Assembly: GCA_029907165.1 (NCBI GenBank)
Contig: JARYMK010000003.1
Coordinates: 1-48,276, forward strand
DNA: 48,276 nt
Reading direction: 5' to 3'
Source of the DNA: Anaerolineae bacterium
Lineage (GTDB): Bacteria; Chloroflexota; Anaerolineae; DTLA01
The notes below the pieces were generated by a model, which worked only from the letters and a program-made list of their open reading frames with translations, made no database searches and was not told the origin of the DNA. Positions within the stretch are counted from its first letter, which is position 1, and each line of letters starts with the position of its first letter. Both the position numbers and the translations under genes were made by a program. This document shows positions 26,234 through 36,279 of this stretch, in pieces.

Positions 26234-26974
26234 ATGGTGGCGGCCAGCGGTAACACCCCGATACACCTACTGGCTACCCTTCTCCTCCGTCGCGGCGCGG
26301 GCCTTGTGGGGTTCGCCGACCTGGCCGAAATCCCTGCCCACATCCGCCAGGGTCTGCCCCGCGCCGTGTCCATCGCGGTCCCGCTCAACCCGCACGTCAT
26401 CGCCGGAATCCGCCATGGTCCCACCCGCGAGTACCTGGCCGAATACCACCGAGCCAACGCCCTGCTCGGCGAACTGGCGCAGGCCGCCGTCGATGCCCTG
26501 TGCAGGGGCGGGTTCCGGGTAGCGTACGGCACGGCCACGGTCGCAGGCGTGGAATTTGGCCAGTACGACACGCCCCTGCCCCACAAGACCGTGGCCACCC
26601 GCGCCGGCCTGGGCTGGATCGGCCGCTGCGCGCTGCTGGTAACCGAGCGGTACGGGTCGGCGGTGCGGCTGATGACGGTGCTCACCGACGCGCCACTGGA
26701 CACCGCCGCGCCCGTGAACGACAGTCGTTGCGGCGAGTGCGTGGCGTGCGTGCAGGCGTGTCCGGGGCAGGCCATCACGGGCGGGCTTTGGCGCGCGGGA
26801 CTCCCCCGCGAGGCGATGGTGGATGCCGACGCCTGCTACCGCACGACGCGGCAATTCGCCCCGGCCATCGGCGCGGAGCCAAGCATCGGCATCTGCGGCG
26901 CATGCATCGCCGCCTGCCCATGGACGCAGCGGTACATCCGCGCGGCGTCGGGCGGGATGCGGGACGAGACATGA
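26234..26974 (+). CDS. Epoxyqueuosine reductase (QueG)-like / reductive-dehalogenase-like 4Fe-4S protein
   Basis: GAGLVGFAD, HKTVATRAGLGWIG, YGSAVRL.TVLTD, CGECVACVQACP and CGACIAACP. Start uncertain. Confidence 0.8.
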   Translation: MVAASGNTPIHLLATLLLRRGAGLVGFADLAEIPAHIRQGLPRAVSIAVPLNPHVIAGIRHGPTREYLAEYHRANALLGELAQAAVDALCRGGFRVAYGTATVAGVEFGQYDTPLPHKTVATRAGLGWIGRCALLVTERYGSAVRLMTVLTDAPLDTAAPVNDSRCGECVACVQACPGQAITGGLWRAGLPREAMVDADACYRTTRQFAPAIGAEPSIGICGACIAACPWTQRYIRAASGGMRDET

Positions 26975-27000
26975 GGCCGGCGACGAAGCAGCGAACCATT

Positions 27001-27068
27001 TTCACCGCCGAGAACGCAGAGAGCGCAGAGAGACGGGGGTAAACCTCTCTCATCTCTGCGCTCTCTGC
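27001..27068. repeat. Palindromic repeat family A, copy 4 (right arm truncated)
   Basis: ttcaccgccgagaacgcagagagcgcagag ... tctctgcgctctctgc, between convergent genes. Confidence 0.75.
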
Positions 27069-27108
27069 CGAAGAGCCACACTGCCAGAATGCCGCGCCTT
27101 GGCTTATG

Positions 27109-28872
27109 CTACCAGATCGCCTTGCTCCGCACGTCCTCGGCGAGCATCGCCATGAACTCGTCCAGCGGCTTCGCCTTGAGGTCCTCGCCCGTGCGCTTGC
27201 GGACGGCCACGGCCCCCGCTTCCATCTCGCGGTCGCCGATGATGAGCATATACGGCACCTTGTCCAACTGCGCCTTGCGAATCTTGGCGTTCATGCGCTC
27301 GCTGGAGTCGTCCACGACCACGCGGTAGCCGGCATTCTTGAGTTTCTGCGCCACACTGTGCGCGTAGGCGTTGTGCCGGTCGGCGATGGGGATGAGCACG
27401 GCCTGCACCGGCGCGAGCCACACCGGAAACGCGCCGGCGTACTGTTCTACCAGGCCCGCGACAAACCGCTCCATGGAGCCCAGCACCGTGCGATGCACCA
27501 TGACCGGGCGGTGGGGCTGGCCGTCCTCGCCCACATACGTCAGGTCAAACCGCTCCGGGAAGTTGAAGTCCACCTGGATTGTGGGTCCCTGCCAGGCGCG
27601 GCCCAGCGCGTCCTTCATCTTTATGTCAATGGCTGGGCCGTAGAACTTGGCCTCGCCCTCCATGCGCGTGAACGACAGCCCCTCGCGCTCCAGCGCGCGC
27701 AGCAGCGCCTGCTCGGCCAGAATCCAATTCTCCCCCGAGCCGACGTACTTGGCCTTGTTCTGCGGGTCGCGCACCGACAGTTCAATCAGGTACTCGTCAT
27801 ACCCGAACGTCTTGAGCATGAACTGCGCCAGGTTGATGACGCCGACGATCTCGTCCTCCAGTTGGTCCGGGCGGCAGAAGATGTGGGCATCGTCCTGCGT
27901 GAACCCGCGCACGCGCAGCATCCCGTGGAGTACGCCCGACCGCTCGTAGCGGTACACTGTGCCCAGTTCGCCCCAGCGTAACGGCAGGTCCCGATAGGAG
28001 CGCGTCTGCGTTTTGTAGATGAGGACCGCGAACGGGCAGTTCATCGGCTTGAGCAGGTATTCCTGCCCCTCAATGTCCATGGGCGAGTACATGTTCTCGC
28101 GGTAGAAGTCCCAGTGGCCGCTGATCTTCCACAGGTCCACGCGCCCGATGTGGGGCGTGTACAGGATATCGTAGCCGCGGCGGAAGTGCTCCTCGCGCCA
28201 GAACTGCTCAATAATGTAGCGGATGCGCGCGCCCTTGGGATGCCAATAGGCCAGTCCCGCCCCGCCGATTTCGTGGAAACTGTACAGGTCCAGTTGCTTG
28301 CCCAGTTTCCGATGGTCGCGGCGTTCAATCTCGGCCAGTTTGGCCAGGTACGCGTCCAGCTCCGCCTTCGTCGGCCAGGCCGTGCCGTAGATGCGCTGGA
28401 GCATGGGGCGCTTCTCATCGCCGCGCCAGTAGGCCCCTGCCACACTCAGCAGTTTGATGCCCTCGGGGTTGATCTGCCCCGTGCTGGCTACGTGCGGCCC
28501 CGCGCACAGGTCCGTGAACCCGTCGTGCGAGTAAATGGAAATCTCCTCGCCCTCCGGAATCTCGCGGATGAGTTCCAGTTTGTACGGCTGGTCGGCGAAC
28601 AGGGCCTCGGCCTCGCTGCGGCTGACGACGCGCCGCACGAAGGGATGGTCGGCGCGGATGGCCTCGCGCATGCGGGCCTCAATCTGCTCCAGGTCCTCCG
28701 GAGTCAGCGGCCTGGGCAGGTCAAAATCGTAGTAGAACCCGTCCTCAATTGCGGGGCCGATGGCCAGTTTCGCGCCCGGAATCAGGTCCATCACGGCCTT
28801 GGCCATGACGTGCGACGCCGAGTGGCGCATGCGGTCCAGTTCGCTGTGCTCGTCCATGTGTTCGTGTTCCAT
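27109..28872 (-). CDS. thrS: Threonine--tRNA ligase
   Basis: RHSASH, GFYYDF, DLCAGPH, GAYWRGD, RDHRKLG, KPMNCP, RYERSG, RVRGFTQDDAH and GSMERF. Start MEHEH after GGAGGAG. Confidence 0.97.
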   Translation of the reverse strand: MEHEHMDEHSELDRMRHSASHVMAKAVMDLIPGAKLAIGPAIEDGFYYDFDLPRPLTPEDLEQIEARMREAIRADHPFVRRVVSRSEAEALFADQPYKLELIREIPEGEEISIYSHDGFTDLCAGPHVASTGQINPEGIKLLSVAGAYWRGDEKRPMLQRIYGTAWPTKAELDAYLAKLAEIERRDHRKLGKQLDLYSFHEIGGAGLAYWHPKGARIRYIIEQFWREEHFRRGYDILYTPHIGRVDLWKISGHWDFYRENMYSPMDIEGQEYLLKPMNCPFAVLIYKTQTRSYRDLPLRWGELGTVYRYERSGVLHGMLRVRGFTQDDAHIFCRPDQLEDEIVGVINLAQFMLKTFGYDEYLIELSVRDPQNKAKYVGSGENWILAEQALLRALEREGLSFTRMEGEAKFYGPAIDIKMKDALGRAWQGPTIQVDFNFPERFDLTYVGEDGQPHRPVMVHRTVLGSMERFVAGLVEQYAGAFPVWLAPVQAVLIPIADRHNAYAHSVAQKLKNAGYRVVVDDSSERMNAKIRKAQLDKVPYMLIIGDREMEAGAVAVRKRTGEDLKAKPLDEFMAMLAEDVRSKAIW

Positions 28873-28892
28873 CTCTCTCCTCCGACGTTTTG

Positions 28893-28969
28893 TTTCACCG
28901 CAGAGACCACTGAGAACGCGGAGAATATCGGGTTTCCCCTCTGCGGTCTCCGTGTGCTCCGCGGTGAAA
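28893..28969. repeat. Palindromic repeat family A, copy 5 (in the thrS leader)
   Basis: tttcaccgcagagaccactgagaacgcggag ... ctctgcggtctccgtgtgctccgcggtgaaa. Confidence 0.8.
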
Positions 28970-28973
28970 GAAT

Positions 28974-29220
28974 AGAAAAACCCCACGCCCAAGGGGCGAG
29001 GGGTCGTCTCGCGGTTCCACCCAAGGTTGAGAGCGTATGCGCTCCCATCTCGTTGCGCCGATAACGGGGGCGGCCCGGGCGGCCTTACTTGCGGCATCGC
29101 GTTCTGGCGCCGGCTCCCAGGGGGTTTTCCCACAGCCCGGTGCGAAGGGGGCTTCCAGTCAGCGACCCCCTCTCCCTGACGCCCGGCATCCGGGTACTCG
29201 TCCTGATCATCGCCTTTGCT
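28974..29220 (-). ncRNA. T-box riboswitch (Thr specifier ACC) with intrinsic terminator
   Basis: On the minus strand: GCGATGA..AGTA stem I start, GAGA and GCTGA-like loop motifs, specifier loop GAAA-ACC (29123-29125). Then the T-box GGGTGGAACCGCG and terminator CCCCTCGCCCCTTGGGCGTGGGG-TTTTT, upstream of thrS. Confidence 0.92.
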
Positions 29221-29236
29221 GTGTCCGGTTGCAAGA

Positions 29237-29265
29237 AGTGTACCACGAGTTGCGGCGGGTGTCAA
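29237..29265 (-). promoter_or_regulatory. Sigma70 promoter for the thrS leader
   Basis: TTGACA-17 bp-TACACT with an extended -10 TG. Confidence 0.75.
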
Positions 29266-30224
29266 AAATCGCCGCGACGCCCTCGCAGCAGCCGCTCCAC
29301 CTGCCGCGGCGTGGGCATGGCGGGAATCGCCCCGCGGCGAGTCGTCGCCAGCGCCCCCACCGCATTGGCATAGCGCAGAATCCCCCGCAGGCGCGCCTCG
29401 TCACCCCAGGCTTCAGGCGTCTCCAGCAGGCCCTTCAGCATCCCCGCGACGAATCCATCGCCCGCGCCGGTCGTGTCCACCGTGCGCACGGAGAAGCCGG
29501 GCACGTCGCCCGACAGGGCAGGCGTTACGTATGTGCACCCTGCCCGGCCGCGCGTAACCACCAGCAGGCGCAGGGCGTCGTGCCATAGCCGTCGCGCGGC
29601 CTCCGGCTCGTCGCCGCCCAGGAACGCCAGTTCCTCCTCGCTGACCTTGATGACATGCGCCAGTCGCCACCCCCGCAGGATACCCTCCCTCGCTGCCTGT
29701 GCGCTGGGCCACAGGGCCAGCCGCAGGTTGGGGTCGTAGGAAACCAGCAGCCCGGCGTCCCGGGCCGTCTCTGCCGCCAGGAGCGTGGCGCTGCGCGAAG
29801 GCTCTCCGATGAGGCTGATGGAGCCGAAGTGGAATACCTTGGCCCCGCAGATGTACGCGAGGTCCACGTCGTCGGGGCGGTACAGCATGTCGGCGCTGGG
29901 GTGGCGGTAGAACGCGAAGTCGCGCTCGCCGTCGGCGCGGAGCGACACAAACGCGAGGGCCGTCCGCGCCTCAGCCGACCAGCGCACGGCGGCCGTGTCC
30001 ACGCCGAGCGCGCGGAGCGTGTCCACGAGGAAGTGGCCGAAGGGGTCGTCGCCCACCTTGCCCATGAACCCAGCGGACACGCCAAGCCGGGCCAGCGCGG
30101 CCGCTACGTTCGCCGGGGCACCGCCGGGCGCTTTTTTGAAGGCGGGCGCATCGGCCAGAGACACCCCCGACACGGTCGCCACGAAATCCACGAGCACTTC
30201 GCCGAGGGTGATCACGTCGGGCAT
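29262..30224 (-). CDS. PfkB family carbohydrate kinase (fructokinase-like)
   Basis: GGAPANVA, GKVGDDPFG, YDPNLR and VDTTGAGDGF. Confidence 0.93.
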   Translation of the reverse strand: MPDVITLGEVLVDFVATVSGVSLADAPAFKKAPGGAPANVAAALARLGVSAGFMGKVGDDPFGHFLVDTLRALGVDTAAVRWSAEARTALAFVSLRADGERDFAFYRHPSADMLYRPDDVDLAYICGAKVFHFGSISLIGEPSRSATLLAAETARDAGLLVSYDPNLRLALWPSAQAAREGILRGWRLAHVIKVSEEELAFLGGDEPEAARRLWHDALRLLVVTRGRAGCTYVTPALSGDVPGFSVRTVDTTGAGDGFVAGMLKGLLETPEAWGDEARLRGILRYANAVGALATTRRGAIPAMPTPRQVERLLRGRRGDF

Positions 30225-30236
30225 GGACGGACTCTC

Positions 30237-30644
30237 TTACCCCAGCCACCGCCCGATGAGGAAGCCTACTGCCGAGACGGCAGCCGTCAGCACCGTGCCC
30301 CAGATCAGGTCAATGACCGTGATGAGCAGGGGCCACTCCTTGACCGTCGCCAGGTTCGTCAGGTCGTAAGTAGCGTAGGCGACCAGGCCGAGGAGCGCAC
30401 CCAGCAGCGCCGCCCGCCCCAGCGACCCCGCCTGCAGCCCGGGCAGCACGGCGAAGACGAGCACGCCTACCACATATAGCAGGTAGAACAGAATCGCCGC
30501 GGGCCACACGGTCTTCGGCGTCATCAGATAACCCAGGTACTTGCTGTACAGGTTGCGCGCGACCAGGCCGAGCCACACGCCGTCAATGGCAAGGAACGCA
30601 ACAAGTGTCAGGAAATAGAGTTTCGCGTAATAGCCGAATGTCAT
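30237..30644 (-). CDS. DUF2177 family membrane protein
   Basis: IDGVWL, AILFYLLY, YATYDLTNLAT and DLIWG; four TM helices. Confidence 0.85.
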   Translation of the reverse strand: MTFGYYAKLYFLTLVAFLAIDGVWLGLVARNLYSKYLGYLMTPKTVWPAAILFYLLYVVGVLVFAVLPGLQAGSLGRAALLGALLGLVAYATYDLTNLATVKEWPLLITVIDLIWGTVLTAAVSAVGFLIGRWLG

Positions 30645-30688
30645 TGCAACCTCCCTAGTTGGGCTTGGGCCCGTGCTGTCATCCCACC

Positions 30689-31228
30689 CTATTCCACCAG
30701 TAGAAACGCGTACCGGTTCATCGTCTGCGCATAATCCGACAATACCTCAATGGGATAGCCGAGTTTGCGAACCGTGGTAAAAACATCAACTGCCATCCCC
30801 TCCGGTGTGGGACGCGCAAGCTTCGGGTGCTTGCACTCGGCCCGCGCGGGGACGCAAGTGTCGCACAGGGAGCAAGGGGCCATCAGCAAAAGAAACGCCT
30901 TGAAGTGGCCTGACAGAAAGACATCTCGCTCCAGTTGCATAAGCCCACGATTGACTTCTCTGGTCCAGGGCAGCCGGTCTTCTGTCTCGTCTACTCTTCT
31001 TGCGAAGTGAAACACCGCCGCCACGGCATACTCGTGGAAGAACTGGCGACAATCCGCGACCGAGGGCAAATTCGGCGGGCAAGCCGCCTTTCGGCCGTAA
31101 CTGCTGCAACCGTAGGCACACTTCATTCGCACCCACTCGGCCACAGCGATCTCCGTCGGGTCAATCCAGCGGAGATCGCTGAACCCATGCTCGCCGAATA
31201 GAGATTCCAGTTGTTCGTGATGGGTCAT
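30689..31228 (-). CDS. DUF2284 family predicted metal-binding protein
   Basis: WVRMKC.YGC..YG....CPP, C..C..C and CKHP..ARP..EGM.VDV. Confidence 0.85.
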   Translation of the reverse strand: MTHHEQLESLFGEHGFSDLRWIDPTEIAVAEWVRMKCAYGCSSYGRKAACPPNLPSVADCRQFFHEYAVAAVFHFARRVDETEDRLPWTREVNRGLMQLERDVFLSGHFKAFLLLMAPCSLCDTCVPARAECKHPKLARPTPEGMAVDVFTTVRKLGYPIEVLSDYAQTMNRYAFLLVE

Positions 31229-31298
31229 CCGTCGCCCTCCGTGCAGAGTACCTCAGACGATCAGGGCTACTTGCCCAACCTTTCCGTTCGCTGAAGCC

Positions 31299-32666
31299 TC
31301 ACTCCCCCACCATCACCCGCGCGCGGTGAATCTGCGCCCGCACTGCCTCGGGCGACGTGCCACCCCGCGCCTGCCGCATCCCCGCCGACCGCCCGAAGTC
31401 AAACACGGCGTACAGGTCCTCGCCGAACGCGGGGTGAATCGCCCGGTACTCGGCCAGCGGCATCTGACCCAGGGGCACGCCCAGCGCCTCGGCCCGCTTG
31501 ACCGCCTGGCCCACCAGGTGGTGGCTCTCGCGGAAGGGCACGCCCTGCCGCACCAGGTAGTCGGCCAGGTCGGTGGCCAGCATCCCGTCGTCCAGGGCCG
31601 CCGCCATCCGCTCCGCATTGACCTTCAGCGTGCGGATGATGCCCGCCGCGATGGGTAATTCCAGCGCCAGCGTGTCCACCGCGTCAAACAGCGGCTCCTT
31701 GTCTTCCTGTAGGTCCTTGTCATATCCCGACGGGATTCCCTTCAGCGTGGCGAGGAATCCCGACAAGTGGCCGATGAGCCGCCCCGCCTTGCCGCGCATC
31801 AGTTCCAGCGGGTCGGGGTTCTTCTTCTGCGGCATCAGGCTGGAGCCGGTGGAGTAAGCGTCGTCCAGCGTTACGAAGCCGAACTCACGGCTGGCCCAGA
31901 TGATGAGGTCCTCGGCCAGCGTGCTCAGGTGCGTCTGCACCAGCGCGGCCCAGGCCAGGAACTCCGCGACGAAGTCCCGGTCGGCGACGGCGTCCACGCT
32001 GTTCTCGGCCACGGCGGCGAACCCCAGTTCGGCGGCCAGCGCCTCGCGGTCAATGGCGAAGGGCGTCCCGGCGATGGCCCCGCATCCCAGCGGCAGGACG
32101 GATGTCCGTCGCGCCACGTCAGCCAGCCGCTCACGGTCGCGCTGGAACCGCCAGAAGAAGGACATCAGGTAGTGGCTGAACAGCACCGGTTGCGCTTGCT
32201 GCATGTGGGTATAGCCGGGCATGAGGACGTCCAGGTGCGCCTCGGCCTTGTCCACGACAGCCCGCTGAAGGTCGGCAAGCGCCGCATCCAGTGCGCGCAT
32301 CTGCTCCAGCAGGTACAGGCGCAGGTCGGTGGCTACCTGGTCGTTGCGCGAGCGGCCGGTGTGGAGTTTGCCCGCCGTCGGCCCGATGAGTTCGCCCAGC
32401 CTGCGCTCCACGGCGGTGTGGATGTCCTCGTCGCCGGGCTGGATTTGGAACGTGCCCGCGTCAAACTCGGCGCGCACCTGCTCCAGGCCCGCCACGATTT
32501 GGTCGCGCTCGGCGTCGGTGAGCAGGCCCGCCCGCGCCAGCGCCCCCGCCCACGCGATGCTGCCGCGGATGTCCGCAGCGTACAGCCGCACGTCAAAGGC
32601 GATAGAGTCGCCAAAACGCCGCATGGCATCATCTGGCTTGCCGGAAAACCGCCCACCCCAGAGCAT
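31299..32666 (-). CDS. argH: Argininosuccinate lyase
   Basis: [45 protein letters not shown] and [10 protein letters not shown]. Confidence 0.97.
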   Translation of the reverse strand: MLWGGRFSGKPDDAMRRFGDSIAFDVRLYAADIRGSIAWAGALARAGLLTDAERDQIVAGLEQVRAEFDAGTFQIQPGDEDIHTAVERRLGELIGPTAGKLHTGRSRNDQVATDLRLYLLEQMRALDAALADLQRAVVDKAEAHLDVLMPGYTHMQQAQPVLFSHYLMSFFWRFQRDRERLADVARRTSVLPLGCGAIAGTPFAIDREALAAELGFAAVAENSVDAVADRDFVAEFLAWAALVQTHLSTLAEDLIIWASREFGFVTLDDAYSTGSSLMPQKKNPDPLELMRGKAGRLIGHLSGFLATLKGIPSGYDKDLQEDKEPLFDAVDTLALELPIAAGIIRTLKVNAERMAAALDDGMLATDLADYLVRQGVPFRESHHLVGQAVKRAEALGVPLGQMPLAEYRAIHPAFGEDLYAVFDFGRSAGMRQARGGTSPEAVRAQIHRARVMVGE

Positions 32667-32707
32667 GGCCCGTTCCTCGCTTGAAGGTCGTTCCCTCCGC
32701 ACGGGTT

Positions 32708-32740
32708 CTCCTTGCGCACTCCCGCCCTCTCGGCGGTGAA
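32708..32740. repeat. Repeat family A, single degenerate arm in the argH leader
   Basis: Reverse strand ttcaccgccgagagggcgggagtgcgcaaggag, located between the TATAAT at 32767-32772 and the argH start. Confidence 0.55.
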
Positions 32741-32805
32741 TGCCGCGTCATCCGTGCGGCTAGCTGATTATACCGTTTGGCCTGCGTCGCGCGCAAAACG
32801 GCCTT

Positions 32806-33732
32806 CTACTCCTCGCAGATGGGCGCAAATAGCCCGGCCCAGTAGCCCAGCACCTTCTGGGCGCGGCAGATGGCCAGTTCGGGGGGCTGGCCGGCCCGCC
32901 GTGCCGAGACCCACGCGGCCGGCTCACGCACGACAGCAAGCCCTGTCCGCGCTACGGCCATCCCCAGCGCGAAAGCCCAGCCTCGGTGGATGCGGTCCAG
33001 CAACGCTAACGTCTTCCCTTCCCACCAGGCGCGGCGGTGCAGGAAGGCTGGCGTGAGCCGCGACGCCGGGATGATGTGGTGGACGACGGCGCGGGGCGTG
33101 TAGGCCACCGTGCCCCCCGCGCGAAGCACGCGGCGGAACAGGTCTATCTCCTCGCCCGACAGGAGCGAGCCGGGTTGCCGTCCCAGGGCCGGGCGGAATA
33201 GGCCCACGCGGTCAAATACGAAGCGACGGATGGCCAGGTTCGCGCCGCATGGGAATATAGGCCCGCGCAGGGAGTGGATTTCATCGCCCAGGTCTATGAT
33301 GCTGAGCAAGTAGCGCAGTTGGGGATGCAGCCAGGCGGGCGCTTCGCCGGGCCAGCGGGGGAGCACGCGCCCGCCCAGGCACCACGCTCCCGCGCGCTCC
33401 AAGTCCTCAGCCATCGCCGCGATCCACCCCGGCGCGGCCACGGCGTCGTCGTCCAGGAACGCGAGGGCGTCGCCCTGGGCGTGGGCCACGGCGGCGTTGC
33501 GCGCCCGCGAGAGGCCGGGCGTCGGCTCGCGCACCACACGCACGCGCGCCACCAGACTGTCCGGGAGCGTAACCCGGGGCACGGGGTTGTTATCCACGCA
33601 GAGGATTTCCACGCGCGCGCCCGCGGGCGGTTCCTGGGCTGCCAGCGACGCCAGCACATCAGCCAGATGCGGGGCCTCGCCGTAGGTGCACACCGCCACG
33701 GTTATGGCGCGCACGGGCCTGCCATCGGTCAT
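32806..33732 (-). CDS. Glycosyltransferase family 2
   Basis: VAVCTY, VDNN, GLSRARN, FLDDDA, GANLA and GEEIDL. Confidence 0.9.
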   Translation of the reverse strand: MTDGRPVRAITVAVCTYGEAPHLADVLASLAAQEPPAGARVEILCVDNNPVPRVTLPDSLVARVRVVREPTPGLSRARNAAVAHAQGDALAFLDDDAVAAPGWIAAMAEDLERAGAWCLGGRVLPRWPGEAPAWLHPQLRYLLSIIDLGDEIHSLRGPIFPCGANLAIRRFVFDRVGLFRPALGRQPGSLLSGEEIDLFRRVLRAGGTVAYTPRAVVHHIIPASRLTPAFLHRRAWWEGKTLALLDRIHRGWAFALGMAVARTGLAVVREPAAWVSARRAGQPPELAICRAQKVLGYWAGLFAPICEE

Positions 33733-35210
33733 GGCTGCGTACCCGTTTTCGCGGCGAAAGCTTCAGGCAGCGCCATCAGAGGCCAGAAGACCCAGCCCAC
33801 CGTCGGGTTGTTCAGCAAGTCGGCGGAGAGGCTGTTGACCAGGTAGCCAGCGGCCATCGCAAGAAACGCCGCCGCAAGGAGCGACACGGGCAGGTCGGAC
33901 GCGCACCGCCAGAACCCGAATAGCCGCCGCGCCAGCGCGCCCCACAACCACACGAAAGCGCCAAGCCCCAACAACCCCATTTCTGCGCATACGCGCACGA
34001 AGTCGTTGTGCGGCGTTACTGCGGACCCTACCAACCTGGGGGACTGGACGGGAAAGCCGCCGAGGCCAAGGCCGACCAGGGGGCGTTCCATCGCCAGAGT
34101 AGCAGCGAACCGCCACAGGCTCAGCCGCCACGAGATGGAGTTCAGCGCGGGGGCGGGGCGGGGCGACGGCACCGTCGGGCCTGCCTGCGGCGTGCCGGCG
34201 AGGGGCGGCGTTGGAGTAGGACGAGGAGGCTTCACTTGCCCTGCGGGCACGGGTTCCACAGTGCGGTACAGGAACGGTGTGAGCAAGTCCTGAATGCGGC
34301 CGGCCAGCAGCACCACGACGAGGAAGACCACAGCCATCCCCACCAGCCCCGCGCGCACGCCGGCGGTCTCGCGCCGCGCTACGAGTGCCAGCACGATGAG
34401 TGAGCCGAACATGGCGAGCGCCGGGCCGCGTGAGTACGAGAAGAACAAGAGCGCCAGGCTGGCGATCACCCAGAACCCCAGCAGCGCCCTGGTCTTCCCG
34501 CGCTCGCTGATTCGGAAAAGGTAGATTGTGAGCGCAACAATGATGCCCAGATACACCCCGTAGGCGATGGGGTGCGAGAGTGTGCCCAGCATGCGGTTTT
34601 GCCCTGGCCCGGCGATGACATTGTGATAGCCCCTGTAGGTGAGTCCCTGGTAGATAGATACGATGGCTGGCCACACGCCGGACGCCACAAGGGCCCCCAC
34701 CCACACGCGGGCGCGGCTGGGCGCTTCGCGGAACAGGTCTGCGGCCACGACGTAGAGGCCGGCCAGCGGCAGCATCCGCGTCCAGTCGCGCAGGCCGGCG
34801 AACGGGCTGGATGAGAAGGGGATGCTGATAAGCCCTGCCGCTAGAAACGCGGCGAAGGGCAGGGTCAGCGGCGCCAGTCTGGGCCGGCGGCGGATGATGT
34901 ACAGCGCACTCAGCGCCGTGATGACCAGATTGGCGAGGCCGGCCTGGTTGATATTGTAGGGCTTGTCTTGGAACAGGACGAACGCCCGGCCCCAATCGGC
35001 GGCCATCACGTTGAGGAACACCAGACCCAGCGTGCCCGCGAAGGGGTTGACAACGAAGACCGCCGTGGCGATCCCCGCCCACGCGAGGAACATCCCGTAG
35101 GGGATGCCAACGACCCCCGCCACTGCGGCGCTCACCGCAAGCCACGCGATGGCAAGGGCAATCCATGTGCGCCTTGGAAGCGTCAGTTTGAAGAGAGGCT
35201 CGCTCGCCAT
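33729..35210 (-). CDS. O-antigen ligase / Wzy_C family membrane protein
   Basis: Many TM helices, RMLGTLSHP, SYSRG, WRLSLW...PLVGLGLGGF and PHNDFV...EMGLLG. Start MASEP after AGGAGA. Confidence 0.85.
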   Translation of the reverse strand: MASEPLFKLTLPRRTWIALAIAWLAVSAAVAGVVGIPYGMFLAWAGIATAVFVVNPFAGTLGLVFLNVMAADWGRAFVLFQDKPYNINQAGLANLVITALSALYIIRRRPRLAPLTLPFAAFLAAGLISIPFSSSPFAGLRDWTRMLPLAGLYVVAADLFREAPSRARVWVGALVASGVWPAIVSIYQGLTYRGYHNVIAGPGQNRMLGTLSHPIAYGVYLGIIVALTIYLFRISERGKTRALLGFWVIASLALLFFSYSRGPALAMFGSLIVLALVARRETAGVRAGLVGMAVVFLVVVLLAGRIQDLLTPFLYRTVEPVPAGQVKPPRPTPTPPLAGTPQAGPTVPSPRPAPALNSISWRLSLWRFAATLAMERPLVGLGLGGFPVQSPRLVGSAVTPHNDFVRVCAEMGLLGLGAFVWLWGALARRLFGFWRCASDLPVSLLAAAFLAMAAGYLVNSLSADLLNNPTVGWVFWPLMALPEAFAAKTGTQP

Positions 35211-35295
35211 AGATTCTCCTTTCTGTCCTGTGGCGTGGTCTTGTCCCTCACGGGCCCGAAGACCGGCAGACGATGACATCCGATGCCGGCGTTGC

Positions 35296-36279
35296 CTATG
35301 CGTCTCCGACGGCTAGCGCGTGAATTTCCCGCGCCACGCGCAGGGCAGCCTTCCCGTCCAGCGGCCCTGCGTAGGCCGGCAGGAACGCCTCGCGGGCGCG
35401 TGCCAGGCGCTGGCGTGCGTCTCCGTCTTGGAGCACTTCCCGGAGACGCCGGGTGAGTTCCTGGGCGCTCTGTGCCCGGAGCGCAGCGCCGGTTTCTGAG
35501 TACGGGATGGGTTCGGGCATGATGCCCAAGTCCAGCAGCACCACCGGCTTGCCGAGGGCGATGGCCTCCAGCGCCGTGGACGAGATGAGCGTAACCAGGA
35601 CATCCGCCCTCCACAGCAGGCTCATCACATCCGCATCGCGGGTCATCGTCCATTCGGGCGAGAAGTCGTCGCCCAGCCAGCGGCGCGTCTGTTGCAGGTC
35701 TTCGGCAGGGTGGAGTTTGGCGACCAGGTGATGCCCCGCGCCCAGGCCCCTCACGCCGTCGGCTACCGTGCGCCAGATGCTCCTGGCCTCCGCCTCGCCG
35801 CAAACATTGTAGCGCAGGTATGGCTGCGAACAAAATAGAACGATCCTCTCGCCTTCGGGAAGATTCGGGGCATCCGGCCCTTCGTCCGGCGCGGTAGCCT
35901 GCCGCATGGCGTGGAGGGCGTCGTAGCGGGGCTGCCCGGTAACAGTGATGCGCTCGGCCGGGACCCCCTGCCCGGCCAGCCAGGAGGCCACGGCATCGCC
36001 CATGACGGCGATGCGGTCCGCGCCGTTCTGGCCGTAGGGTTTGGGGTCGGGCAGGCGCAAGCCGAGCAGGGTCAGCGCAGCGCGGGCCACGCTCCGTGGG
36101 AGCGACACGGGCGGCGCGGGCATTGGCCGCAGGGCGATGACGCCGTCCTGCACGAGGAGCGACGGGATGCCCAGGCGACGCGCCTCGGCGATGAACAGCC
36201 GCTCCAGAATCCCCATGTCATTGCCCAGGATGACGACGCTGGGGCGCTCCGCACGCAGGAACGTTCGGACAGCCCGCCG
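35296..36279 (-). pseudogene. 5'-truncated GT-B fold polysaccharide biosynthesis protein (CDP-glycerol glycerophosphotransferase / UDP-GlcNAc 2-epimerase-like)
   Basis: Similarity begins abruptly at RRAVRTFLRAERPSVVILGND. Motifs GIPSLLVQDG, VTGQPRYD, KLHP.E, SSTALEA..LGKPV and DGKAA.R. No proper N-terminus. Confidence 0.7.

Noticed and set aside
3879-28969. Family A repeats as a CRISPR array
   Set aside because: The copies are dispersed, inverted and degenerate, with no regular repeat-spacer array and no cas genes.
28873-29265. N-terminal extension of ThrS in the ORF track (718 aa)
   Set aside because: It translates the T-box leader and a repeat. The real start is at 28872 after a strong RBS.
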